Assembly: GCA_004431415.1 (NCBI GenBank)
Contig: QPMI01000436.1
Coordinates: 582,298-646,297, forward strand
Length of the DNA stretch: 64,000 nucleotides
From: Cyanophora paradoxa CCMP329
Lineage: Eukaryota > Plantae > Glaucophyta
Direction of reading: 5' to 3'
The notes beneath the pieces were generated by a model. The model searched no databases. It was not told where the DNA came from and worked only from the letters and a program-made list of their open reading frames with translations. Made by a program: the position numbers and the translations under genes. Shown one piece after another: positions 10,906 through 23,494 of the stretch (its first letter is position 1; every line of letters starts with the position of its first letter).

Positions 10906-13693
10906 TAACTGCAATGGGCGCCAAATCGTCTGTGATGGGATGGAGGAGCGAGGAAGATTGCGCTGCCGGGACCGACACCAACGCGCTCTTCAAGCGGGTT
11001 GTCGGTTACGCGAATGTGCAAGATAAGTTGGACGCATGTGCCACGCCGGGCGTTACGCACTACAATTCAGTAAAAGGTCTATTCCTGGGCACAAGTTGGA
11101 AGTGTTCGACGTGGTGCGTAGCCTAGTAGATACACACATATTGCATGCATATGCATGCGAATCGACAAGCTTTTCATGATCATGTATATTCGTTGCTATA
11201 GCTATCATGATCAGTTCACTTATATTTATTTTAAACTATACAACGCTGCGCAGCCCGCCGGTGAACAAGATTGCGACGTACAGCTCGGCGGACTGCAGCG
11301 GGGCGGCAATCAGGGAGACCAGCTACGCCGGCAGTGCCAGCGGTGACGTCGTCCCGTTCAACAACAACGTCGCCGACGCCTGCGGTCGCTCCGGGGCCGG
11401 CAACGGGGCTCCAGTGTACTTCACCGCGTCCGGCTTCAATGGCGCTGTGGGCGCGGCTGCTTGCACACCGTGGTGCGCCGGATCGGAGCCGGGCGCAGCC
11501 GCGCGCTGCGCAGCTTGTATTTGTTTCATAATTTAATCATGATCGCGGCAGCCCTCCGATCACGGTGGTCACTGCCTTCAAAAACGAGCAGCCGACCACG
11601 GGCCCGCCCGTCTGCAAGTCTGACAACGTCGCCTCCGTCAAGTATCACTACGGGGCTCTTCCGGAAGACGCCCCCGAGCTCTCGGCCGACGCTGCATGCG
11701 GTGAGGCGCTAGCTATATAGCTATATAGCCCATGCATATGGACAGCTCTAAATCCTCAGAGTTCATAATCATGATAATCATGATCAGAACATAAAATATC
11801 ATTGGATAGCTTAGTTTATATGCTACAATTCCGAAGTTCAGAGCAGCTGCAGCGCGACATTAATTATAATGCACGCTGGTCATGACTGATCGCTTATTCA
11901 AATATTCAAATCCAGACGCCAAGTTCTCGACTGCCTTCGCCGTCAAAGGCATCAACGGCGGAACCACCGAGCTGGCGTGCACCGCATGGTTCGGCTTGCT
12001 TCCTTAATTTCCATTGACATCGCTCGAATTCAATTCGCCGCATCGATATCGATATCCTCTTACAAACCTGTTTGTCTGCAGCCCCGCGCAATACAGTCTG
12101 CGGTTGTATCCGAACGGCGGCGGGTACGCGGTCGCCAAACACGACGGCGAGTACTGGGACGGGAAGCGAGCCAGATTCGAGGAGCTCAAGAGCAAGGGCG
12201 CGACGGCCCTCTCGGACATAGACGTCTTCAACTTGCAACTGGCCGAGCTGAAGGAGGACCCGGTCAAGTGGGAGTCGCTCACGACGAAGGGCGGGCTGAC
12301 GGAGGCCGAGGGGAAGGAGCTGGTCGACCTCGCGATTCTCCTGGCCGACAAGACCGACGTGAGCCTGCCGGACGTTGTGACCTTCGACGTCCCGCGGGGC
12401 TGGGCTCCACAGGACGCGTACGACTGGTATGCGCACGTGCACGTGAACAATCATTTTGAAATCATTTCATGAGACCTATATATACTTTTGCAGGAACGAT
12501 CTCCCGCCGGTGGCGGTGGAGGCCCTTCGGGAGGCCTGCCACTCCGGGCACACCTACAAGAAGTTCCTCGCGTGGGGCGACTCGGTCGCCCCGGGGGGCG
12601 AGCACGTCGTCGGGAGGGCCCAGTACGACCCGTCCGCGCCGTACTTCGGCGTCGCGATCCAGCCCAAGACCTACCAGGCGACCACGGGACAGGGCGCCGG
12701 CTCGCTCTCCGGGCGCGTGCTAAACTGGTGTGTATATGTACCGCGTCGTATACGTAATATATTAATAAGAACGTTGACTTTTTCATCGCCCAGCTACGAC
12801 GTGGTTCCCAAGACCAAGTGCTTCCTCCACAACGAGCAGACTCAGCGCCTGGACTACGAAAAATGCGACAGCCGCGCCCTGAAGTTGGTCGCAGATGGGC
12901 ACCCCACCGACTCTGAAGATCCGTACGTTGCTGCCTTCCCTTTGAATGCAGTAGTCCTCTATAGCTATAGCTAGATCTCCGAGGCTCGATCTCGATCACA
13001 TTCTCAAAGTTAATTTCGCGTGCGTGCAGGTGCTATCCCCTGTACGAGCAGAACCCGCCGTACACACTTGGGGAAATAAGAAGCATGTATGCAATCCGCG
13101 TGCGTGCCGCAGTGCCAGCTCCGAGATTCTCGCAATTGCCATATATTAAATTGCAAGATCTAGATCTAGACCTCGTGACGGCGAATTGACGCCCTTCTCG
13201 TTGTAATTAGGTCCAGGATGTGTGCACCCCGGGGTGGGACGTGAGGGCAGGCGCGGAGAGCAAGTGTGAGGCTGCCTCCGAGTCGCCCTGCGAGCTCAGG
13301 CGCCACGGATACCCCAGCGACTACATGGCGAAGCTCTTCTCCCAGACCTTGACTGTCCACCAGCAAGAGATCTCCCAAGACATCATGGCGGCCAACGAAG
13401 CGAAAGGCCAGATCGAGTACTTCTACTCGGACGAGGAGCGATACGAGATGGCTGTGAAGACAGGGACTCACGGCTATTTGCAGCTGGATACGTATGCGGA
13501 GGCCCACGCGGATGCGGAGGAGGAGGAGGACATCGAATTCGATCTCGAGCTGGAGGAGCCCGACCTCGATCTCGATCTCGATCTCGATCTCGAGGGGGCG
13601 GCCGCCGCGCTCGAGCTCGACGCCGTGCACGTGCGCACGCGTACCCCCCGGGCCCCGGGGCTCCCGGGGCCCTTCCGAAGTTCGCGGTCGTAG
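10906..13693 (+). CDS. Multi-exon cysteine-rich protein with CxxC-P modules and an acidic C-terminal tail; 5' exon(s) not identified
   Basis: GT-AG introns join exons in frame (KCSTC|PPVNKIATY, CTPC|PPITVV, CTAC|PAQYSL, YDW|NDL, LNC|YDVV). The last junction is unresolved. Confidence 0.7.
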
Positions 13694-16272
13694 TCCCATG
13701 AATATATACGTATACATAGGATATCGATGCAAATTTTAAAGACCCCTGGCCCCCCGCCCCTGATTTAATATTTATTGCGCGCACGCGCAGGCCTAGGCAG
13801 CTGCAGCGGATCGGCCCGGCGGAGGCCGGCGCCGATCGCGAGCTCAACGCCAGCGGATCCGGACTCGCTCAGTGACCACGTGCACGTGCACGCGTACGAT
13901 CACGACCTCGTGATTGGGTGCATGCGGCCCGCAATTGCAACGCCCGATCGCGAGTGCCAGATCCAGATCTATGTATAGATAGCTAAATTAAAGCTAATAT
14001 TATAGTATCCTTCATCGATCAGTCGATTGAGAAGTTCAAATTCAGCTGCGCATGAAGATACCGATGTCGACGCCGACTTATGTAAACGTACGCTAATAAT
14101 TTATGATACGTACTTCAGCCTCAAAAAGCTTGTCTCAGCCTTCAAGGCTTGGCGCATGTTAATTATATAACGTTAGATCATCGGATATGTTGATTTACGT
14201 TCGCAATGAACAATTGAAACTTCGCAAATGCATGCATATGCTTAGCTTCACCCGTCGGCGCCAGGCCCGCTGCCGCTCCCGACTCTCGACGCCTTAACTT
14301 CAAGTTTTGATTAAGATATTAATATGCATGGGCAGCTTATCTCACGTCCCGCCGGTCCCCCCGGCCCCCGGCCCCCGGCCCCCGGCCCCCCCCCCCCCCC
14401 CCCCCCCCCCCTCCCCCTCCGCCCCCCCGGCCCTTCCCCCTTCGATTCCCCCGGAACTTCCCTCTTCCCTCTCCCTCCCTTCCCCTCCCCCGCGCCCCGG
14501 CCCTCCCGCCTCGCCTCTCCGCCCCCGTCCCGGAGTCCCGCCTCCCGAATAATTCAAGACGGGCGGCGGCGCCGGCCCCGCCCCGCCCTGCCCCGCACCG
14601 CTCCCTCCCTCCCCCCCTCTGCTTCCCCTCCCCCTCCCTCGGCCGGGCACATCCAAGGTCCAAGTCAAGGTCCAAGTCAGCCGGGCGCCCCCATCCGCCG
14701 CCGCCTCCGACGCCCCCGCCGCATGCGCACCCCTGCCCGCCCGTGCAAGAAGTCGCTCCGCCGTCCGGTCGCCCGCGCCGCCGTCCGCAGGCCTCCTGGC
14801 TAAGAATACCTCCATTCCATTTATATCTACAGGCATTCGGAGCGTCCAGGCCGCCAGGCCGCGGCCGGACGCGAGGGCAGCGGCGCCCCCGCTGAAGAGG
14901 ACCTGAGGGGCCGGACGCGCCTCGAGCTCCGCTGCAGCTGTGAAGCCCACCCTCCCCCGCCCCGGGCCCGCCCGCGCCTGGCCCAGCCCCGGATCAGCTG
15001 GGCGCCGCCCGTATCGGAGCCCCTCGAGCTCGGGGCTCGCGCCGGCGCCCCTCCGCCAGGGTCGCCCCCGCCAGCGCGGGACCGAGCAGCGCGGAAGGGG
15101 AGATCTAGATCTGAACCCGGAGCCCTCGGGGACCGGAGCGGGCCGAGTTACTCAGAAAGCCGCACCGTGGCACCGGCGCCGCGCCCCGAGAGGCGCAGCA
15201 CCCCACGCCCCGTCCGACAGTCCGCGCCCCGCGCCAGCGCCCTGCTCCCGTACGTGCGTGCGTACCCCTACTGCCCGCCCGCCCGCCCGCCGGTCTCGCC
15301 CCTCGCGATCGGACAGCTCTGCCCTACATAGCTAGTCCGCCGCCCTCGCCGACGGCCCGTTCGCGATCGTCGGCAACCGCAACTCGGTACCCTTTTCCTC
15401 CCGATCTCCCCTCGAGCTCGCCCCACTTCCGTCGGGCTCTGAGGATCGCTGTACCCCCGCAATTCAATGATTGCGCATGCTTCCATGTCCCCCCAAGGCC
15501 CCCCTCCACCCAAACCCTTTCCCTTTCCGCCGCCCGGCGGCCCTGCGGCTCATCTGTACCCCTCAGGCGTCAAGAGGCCTTCCTCCTCCGCAGGGTGGCG
15601 GCGCCGCGCCATGCACGTCCGGGGCGGCGCCCCTAGGCCAGCGAGCCCAGGCACGAGCCATACTAGGATCTCCGATAATAATAATAATGAGGATATCCGC
15701 TACGTGCCACGGTGTAGCTGGCCCACAGCTAGTTGCATCTGGCATCTGGCTGTTTTACTGCCAGGCTGGCTAGGACTCCGGACTGGCTAGGTTTTACTGG
15801 CTACGACTAGCTATCAGAGTCCTTCGAATTGGCCACGAGCTTACTGGCTACGAGCTTACTGGCTACGAGTGCCTTCGAATTCAAATTCCAAACAGGCCGC
15901 TGGCCGTCGGACTCACCATAGCACTACTCGACGAGTCGTCTCAACGGATCAGAAAATCGGACGTCGACCTGGGAATGCAATCATCTAAATGCTAGTACTA
16001 CTTACAACAATCTCTACATCAGCACTACATCTCTACTTACTACTGAATCATCGCTCCATGCAGATCGAGACGGCAGAGGCCGGGGCGCTGGGAGGTACTC
16101 GAGAAAGAAGGCGCCTTGAAAAACTTGAAAACAGGGCGGGGGAGAGGCCGCAGATCGGGGAGGGTAGAGGCAGATCGCTAGACTCGAGGGGGAATCTGGC
16201 AGGAGAGAAAAAGCGGGTCGATCGCAGTACCCCATCGCAGGGCTGTACCCCCTCGTAGGGGCTGTACCCCCC

Positions 16273-17694
16273 TCACAGGAGCTGGCCGTGGGCCTCGGCG
16301 GGGTACGCGAACAGGGCCGCGGCGCCGTCCTCGGCGGCGGGGGCCTCCTCCCCGCCCTGCGCGAGGGCGCCGGGGGCGCCCTCCGGCCCCTCGTCGAAGC
16401 CGTACCCCCCCTCCAGCAGCTCCGCCTCGCCGGCCGCGTACGGGACGGCGCCGTCGGCTTCGGCGCCCGCGTACCCGTCCAGGTCCTGAAGGTCAGGTGA
16501 GGAGAAAGGCCGCGGAGGGCAAGGCGGCGGAGAGGGAAGGTTAGGGCGCGGGGCGCGGCAAGGCGGCAAGGCGGCGGGGCGGCGGGAGTCTCGGGGCTGG
16601 AGCGCGCACCGCGCGCCGGCCGTCCCGGAGCTAGAGCGCGCGGGGCGCAGGGCGGCGGGAGTCACTGAGTCCCGCGGCTATAGCTACCAGCTAGCGCTAT
16701 AGGCTAGAGCGCGCGGGGCGCGCCGGCGTGGCGCGGGGGCGTGGCACGGACCGCTGCCTGGTCCACCTCGTCAGTCTCGGCGGCCGAGGGCGCCTCGTCG
16801 TCCAGCTCCTGGTCCCCGCCGCCGCTGCCGCCGAAGTTGAACATCTGCGCGCGTGCGTGTGTGAGCGCCGCGCCGCGTCACTGGAGCCTACCCTAGCCTG
16901 GACGCAGCCGCGGCCGCCGGGCCGGCCGCCGCTGGCCGCGGCGCTATCGTGGTAGTGATCATATGAGCACCTTGTTGAAAGTCTGGACAGGCTTCTGCAC
17001 CGGCGCCTCGCCCTTCCACAGACTCTTCACCGTGTTCTTGTGGCCGTACAGGGTGGTGGCCAACTGCGCCGGGCGGACGGACGAGGCCTTGTCAGCGTCT
17101 CTGAGCGCGCGTGCACGTGTGGAGGGCGCGACGTGGCGGCGGCGGCCCGGCCGCGGCCGCGCGCGCGCGGGCGGGGGCACGTGCCATCGCCCCTGTCTTG
17201 AACATCTTGCCATACCGACTGCCGCCCGGCACCATGGACAGCAGTTTCGGCGCCATGACCCCGGCGACTGGCTTGAAGTACTTCTGGTTCTTAATGTAGG
17301 TAGGCGCCACTTGCTGTCAACCGCACGGAGTGCTTGTCAGCTCAGGATGCGGCGATACACTCAGCGGCTGTTCCCGGCAGGGACTTCGGACCTTGCGCAT
17401 GAACTCGCTGTTGATCATGTCCTTTCCCATGTCCAATCCCGTCATCGCGGTGTTGATGAACGGGGTGGCGCCCATGCCAAACGCGATGGTGTTGGCGATC
17501 TTCTGCTGCGTCTCCGGTGAGACATACTTGTTCGGTGCGACTGTGCCGACGAGGCCTGTCGAGAATTGGTTCAGCAGGTTGCTCGAATCCGTTCCCGCCG
17601 ACAGCCCGTCGTTGACCAACTCGCCCTTCTGCCCGACATTGTAGCCCTTCTGCGCGTAATTGTAGCCTTGTCTGATTTTATCAAACGCCGACAT
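16273..17694 (-). CDS. Multi-exon hypothetical protein with acidic C-terminus
   Basis: Codon-biased exons MSAFDKIRQGY...FMRK, VAPTYIKNQKYFK..., ...QTFNK, MFNFGG..., DLDGYAGAE...GQLL* separated by short introns. Confidence 0.6.
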
Positions 17695-18335
17695 TGCCAC
17701 CGCCGAGTCGGCGTGCTCGAGCTCAAGCAATTAAGGCTGCTGCGCGTGCGGATCGAACAGCTGGCGGGAAAAAAGGCGGCCTACGTGTACCCAGCGATGA
17801 TGAAATTTGATCCAGAACTAATTTCGATCGCGATCGATATCGATTTCGCTAACTTCGGAATTCGATTAGCCTAGTAGCGCTATCATAGTATCGATTATGC
17901 GCGGGCGCGGCTGCACGCTGGAAGACCCCATACGTATATGCACAAGCGTAGCGGCGTACCGTAGTACACTTCAAGGCTTAATTATAAGCTCAGCTTGAGC
18001 TTAATTATAAGCTTGGCGTGCCGCGGGCGTACGTATTCCGCGCGCCGGGTCCCGGAGTCCGATCCGATCCGGAGTCCGACGGTCCCTGTATACGTATACG
18101 TGCCCGCCCTGCGGCCCCCGGGCCGACGCGTACGCGTACGCCTGGCCCGCATGCGCAGCATGCATGTTTCGAATTCCGGCCCTCCGGATCCGTGGGTCTA
18201 GAACTGGGGACAGTATATGTGCTGCCATGCATATGCTGCATCGGCATGCTGCGGTGCTGGTGTGGGCGCCGGCGCCGGGTCGACGGGCCGTCTGGTCCGT
18301 CTGGTCCGGATCAATGGGCCGGGGGCCGCCGAATT

Positions 18336-21079
18336 CTACTTGAAGTAGGCGACGGTGAGGCCGCCGCCGCCCTCCTTCGCCACCTCGTAACGTGCCACCA
18401 GCGGGTGCGAGCGGAGGAAGTCGTGCACCGCCGCCTGGGTGGGTGGGGGGCGGCGGGGGGAGGGGGAGGGCGGGGGGGGGGGGGGGGCGGGGATCAGGAC
18501 CGGAAGGCCTAGGCCTAGGCCTGGGGGACGGAGGCGCGGGCCGGGTCCCACCTTGAGCTGCCCCGTGCCGTGGCCGTGGATGACGTAGACGACGTCGGAG
18601 ACGGCGTGGGCGCGGTTCAGCCGCCGCTCGAGCTCCGCCTCCGCGTCGTCCACCCGCATGCCCCGCTGCAAATGAGAGGTGAGGGGCTTCTTCTCTTAGA
18701 AGAACAATAGAAGGCTCTAGAATAATATAATGTAAGCTTCTAGAAGCTTCTCCGCGCCGTCCACCCGCATGCCCCGCTGCCGAGGCGAGGGGCGAGGAAG
18801 AGGACGAGGAGTTAGGAGGTAGGAAGGAAGTGGTAAGATGAGGGAGGGGCGAGCTGGAGCGGGAAGGCTAGGGGGGGTAGGGAGGATCGGGGCCGGGGGC
18901 GAAGAGTGTAAGTATAAGTATAAGGTTCGATAGCTATAGATTGATGAGATTGGCAGGCACCAGGTCGGCGGTGTTGGCGTCCATGCGGACGGTCATCGGC
19001 TCCCGCTTCTTGGCGTTCGCGGGGCCCCCGCTCACGGGCGCCGACGAGCGCACCTGCGCGCGCGGGCGCCGTCAGACCGCCTGCCCGGCCGAGGCCTAGA
19101 CGCTATATATGGCTGGGCTAGGCTAGGCTAGGCTAGGCCGAGCCTGGAGGACCTAGACGTCGATGCGGCGGGCGGCGGGCGGCGGGCGGCGGGCGGCGGG
19201 CGGCGGGCGGGCTCTATGAGGAGCAGGCGCGCGCGCGCGCGGGCTGGGCGCGCCGTGCGCGCCTGCCAGCATAGGCCCGCCGAGGGGCGGACGGCCGGCG
19301 AGCGCCCAGCTATAAATAGCCTACCCTAGCCTTGCCCCGCTAGCCAGCCCAGAGGTCCCCCGCCGAGGGCTGCCGGCCAACGCTAGCCCATGGCCAGCCC
19401 CGCTAGCCCGCCCCAGGCGCACCGTCACGGATCCCGTCGGCGGCTTGCTCTTTGCCTTGGGGACGGGGGCGCCGCGGCCGCGGCCGCGGCCGCCGCCGCC
19501 GCCGCCGCGGCCGCGGCCGCCGCCGCCGCCGCCGCGGCCTTGGCCTGCTTCTTGCTGCTCGCGCGGGCCTCCCCCGCGCCGCTGCGCACGGCGAGAAAAG
19601 TGAGGAAGGCAGAGGGTGGTCCGCAGAGGGCTCTCAGCTAGCCGGGTACGGGCCCTGGACCGCGCGTATGTGAACCTGGGCTCTGGGACGGGCCACCCCC
19701 TAGGTTCCCAACGAGCTAGCCGGCCGCGGGGTGCTAGCCGCACCCCGCGGCCGGCCTACTCTAGGCGCGCCAGAAGCGGGCGGCGCGCGCTGAGGACCGT
19801 CGGACTTGGGGGCGGGCCCCCGGTCCCGAGCTCTCCGCCCCGCACGACCCCACGGGCCTATTTATAGCTCCCAAGCGCTGAAAAGCCACGGGCCCCGGGA
19901 TTCCGACCGCGCGGATTCGAACCTGGACTCGGGGGTGGGCCCCGGGCTCTCCGCGACGACGCCCGCGGGTACGCCGTCCACGCTGAAGACCTCGTGCAAA
20001 GGCACCTGGGGGGGGAGGGGGGGGGGGGGGGGGGCAGGAGGTCAGCGTTAACGCCCTCCGCCCTCCATGCTTTCGCGCTACGAGTACTCAGTGACCGCCA
20101 CTCCCCATAAGGCCTTCAACCCTTATCTCCGCATCCAGACAGGAATTTGAGCGGGAGGGGGGCAGGGGGGGAGGGGGGGGAGGGAGGCAGGAGGTCAGCG
20201 TGAACGCCCTCCAGCAGCCCCGGCGCGGCCGGCTGCTCCCCCCACTCGCTCGCTGGGAGGTTGGGGCGCGCTCCGAGCCCTGGCTCGCTTGTACCCCCCC
20301 CCCCGAATGTACCCCCGCCGCCCCGTAGTCCCCCCGCCCGCACGCGTAGGAGCGGGGGGCCCGCTACGACGCGCCCCGATCCCTGGCTCGCTTGTAACCC
20401 CATCTCCCCCCCGCCCGCACCCCGGCGCACCTTCATCTTCATGAGGCCGACGGAGACGAGGACCTCGCCCCCGCTGCGAGGGGGCGCCCCCCGGCCCCGG
20501 CGGTCAGTCGGCGCAAGAAAGCTGGAGGAAAGGAGCGACGATCTCATAGGCGGCGAAGGGGGCGCGGGGCGGGGCGCGATCACACCCCCCCCCACGGATC
20601 CTAGGGGATGAGTCTAGATCTAGACGAGGGCCTCGCCCCCGCTGCGAAGGGGCGCGCCCGGCTCCGGCCCCGGTCAGGGCCTCCGGGGAGCGCAGAGCTG
20701 GAAGACAGGATCCTAGGGGTTGAGCCTAGGCTTTCTGAAGAGCGGCAGATCTCATATGCGGCGAGAGAGCGCAGAGAGCTGGAAGAAAGCGGCGCTGATC
20801 TCATAGGCGGCAGAGAAGATTGCGCAGACCCAGGATCTGGAGAGCGCGGGGCGGCGCCCTATCGCGGATCCTAGGCCTAGGGCCTAGCCTAGGCTAGGGC
20901 TTCTGGAGAGCGAGCCTTCTAGCGGGGCGGGGCGGCTAGAGCCCATCCTAGGGGGGCCTAGCCTAGGGCTTCCTTCTTGCGGGGCGGGGTGGACGGACGG
21001 ACCTGGGCTCGGCGGCGATCTCGCCGCCCGACCCGAGGCGCTTGACCGTGACGCGGTCCCCCACCCGCGGCACGTACAG
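18336..21079 (-). CDS. Duplicated 3' half of MutS2 (KOW-like region plus Smr endonuclease domain); possible chimeric gene or pseudogene
   Basis: Exons LYVPRVGDRVTVKRLG, GGEVLVSVGLMKMK, RMDANTADL, RGMRVDDAEAELE...VIHGHGTGQLK, AAVHDFLRSHPLV...GGGGLTVAYFK* match the 3' exons at 23495-26030. About 20410-21109 is near-identical to about 25358-26056. Confidence 0.8.
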
Positions 21080-22223
21080 CTGCGCCCCGCCCCGCGGCCC
21101 CCGTCAGCGCTTGGCGTGGCTTCAGGGGGGAGGCAGTGGACGCGAGAATCCTTAGGCAGGAGGCAGCGGACTCTACTTAGACAGGGGGCAGTGGACACTA
21201 GGCAGTGGAGGCAGTACAACCGTGCCTTCGTACAGGACAGGTCACCGTCGGCGTTCAGCTTTCAGCGGGAGGCAGTGGACTCTAGGCGGGCGCCCGGGCG
21301 GACCTCGGAGGAACCTCTCAGGGGAACTCTCACTCTCTGGGGGGAACTTTCAGGACCGTGCGGGGGGGGGGGGGGGGGGGAGGGGGAGGGGGAGGGGAGG
21401 GGGGAGGGGGGAGGGGGGGGGGGGGCGTGCGTGGGCTTGCGTGGGATTGTGCGGGGCGGGGCGGATCCCGGATCGGGGGGTGCTCGCCGGGCAGCTCGAA
21501 GGAGCGGGAGGCCAGGAGGGGGACGGGGCCAGGGGTCGGGGGTACCACGCGGTCACGCACGATAGGGTCCCGCCTCCTCCGCCTCTTCGGCGGGGGCTGC
21601 TTCCCCTCCGCGGCGGAACTCGTTCCGGACTCTGGCATTGCGTCCTCGCCGCTCTCCCCCGGCTGCGCCGGCGTCGCCCCCGCAGCGTCACCCGCACCGC
21701 CCTCCGCGCCAGACTCCCCATCCTCACCGTGCCGAAATAGCGGGCGGCCCAATCGTCACTACGAATGGCGAGCCGTCTGCCAGGCATGCGTAAGCTGCGG
21801 AAAAAGCAAGGCACTGTGCTGCGGCCCGACGAGCGGCGCTCTCGAACAAGGACCCGGGTTAGCTATATATGTCGCAGATGCCGCATTGCGTCCCACGCAG
21901 CCGCGGAAGCCGCTGCGGCGGCGGTCGTGGCGCGACGCACATTCCGTTGTCTCAGACCGTCTCTAGGACCATCGCGCCAAGACCATGCACGATTATGCGA
22001 CGCGTCAAGCGTACCTCCCATCAGACCAAGTCTGGCAAGTCGGTGCCCCAAGTCCCTCGAACGGGGTATAGATAGATCCAGAGGAGCAAAAAAACAACCT
22101 TGCGCAACCGGCAACCGCAGGCAGCTGAACAGGTGAGTTTCAATCGCCGCGGCGCCCTTGAACTGTAAGCATTAATGCTGACAGCGATGCAGCCCCATCC
22201 GCGCGCGCGGTCAGCAGATCTAG

Positions 22224-22724
22224 ATGCCGGAAAACGTGAATACCAGCAACATCGGGGCGGAGCGCGCCCCAAAGGAGGTCGCCGAAGCGCTGGAAAAGCA
22301 GCTTGAGCCCGACGACGTTCATCCTGGCGAAGAGTACGGAGATCCCTACATCTACGTCGACTTCAATGAGGACGCCATTCAGGCGCGCCGCGATCCTGCC
22401 AACAACTTTGCTCACCGCGGCATCATTCCTGCGAATCCCAAGGGAGCGATCGCCCGCGCCCTCACCATGCGCGGCGGCCGGGCTTATGTCTACCCGAGCC
22501 CGACCGCGGCCGGTGAGTCGCAGTCGATCTTCTCGTTCGCCTCACGGCAAGAGATCGAGGTGCACATGCCTCTAAGTAATTAAATAAGCCTTGGACCGCC
22601 CTCGAGCTCACGCTGCTCCAATTCTCAGGACGCCCTTCACAACATGGTGGATGATGTCAACCTCATCTGGGCTCTGAGGGCAACTGGCTTTCCTGACGTC
22701 GCGCGGGTCGTCGAATTCAGAGCA
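22224..22724 (+). CDS. Hypothetical spliced protein between the two MutS2 3' copies
   Basis: ATG-initiated, codon-biased ORF (MPENVNTSN...RQEIE) with GT donor and an in-frame next exon DALHNMVDDVNLIWALRATG. The 3' end is uncertain. Confidence 0.5.
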
Positions 22725-23494
22725 GGTTCGGCGTATGATCGTTCGCATTCACGCTTCGGCTGCTTGAATCATCCTTAAACTCGTTTTTGCGGCAGTACGG
22801 AAGGACGTGCCCGAGAGTTTGCAGCACTTAGCGCCTTTCAATTGCACCGTCCGCGTAGGCGTGTAAGAATCGGGCCGCTGGCTGGCTTCAGACCAGAGTT
22901 TTGTTTGCAATTGCGCCGCCGCAGCAAATAGAACTAAATGGCTTTGCATGTAAATAATCCGCAACAGCTTTTCGCACTACCAAAGCGCCCCCTGTCGTGC
23001 ATTGCAATTGCGGCGCCGCTGCGCACTGCGGCATGCCACTGGGCCAGGCTGGCTTGAGCCTCGAACCAGGTGCGCCTAGGCCTGCATGAGCCTGTCCGAC
23101 GGTTTGTATTGATAGCAAGCCGCGTAGCTATAGAAGCCTGGAGCTGCGCTAAGCGCTAGCTAGCGCTGGCTATATATGGACCTGGCTGGCTATATATAGC
23201 CAGCCAGGACCAGCTGGCTATATATGGACCTGCAGCTGGCAGAGCTCGAGCTAGCGCGCGCGCGTAACTTAGTAACTCGTGGTCGACGCGCGCCCTTACG
23301 CTCGTGGTCGACGGGCGCCCGTACGTTTACCCGGCCCGGCCCCGCATGCGTGCCCGCCGTCCGCGGTGTGCTCGTGTACATGTGGGCGCCGGCCAGCTAT
23401 TTCTGGTCCGGATCGACGGGCCGGGGATACACCTGCAGACGGGCCGGGGTACACGTATACGTAGTGCGGGCGCGCGCGGGCCGCCAGGGTACGG

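Noticed and set aside
14300-15900. Poly-C tracts, CCAAGGT and GGCTACGAG short repeats, and Pro-rich ORFs
   Set aside because: Low-complexity, intron-like sequence typical of this genome, with no supportable feature.
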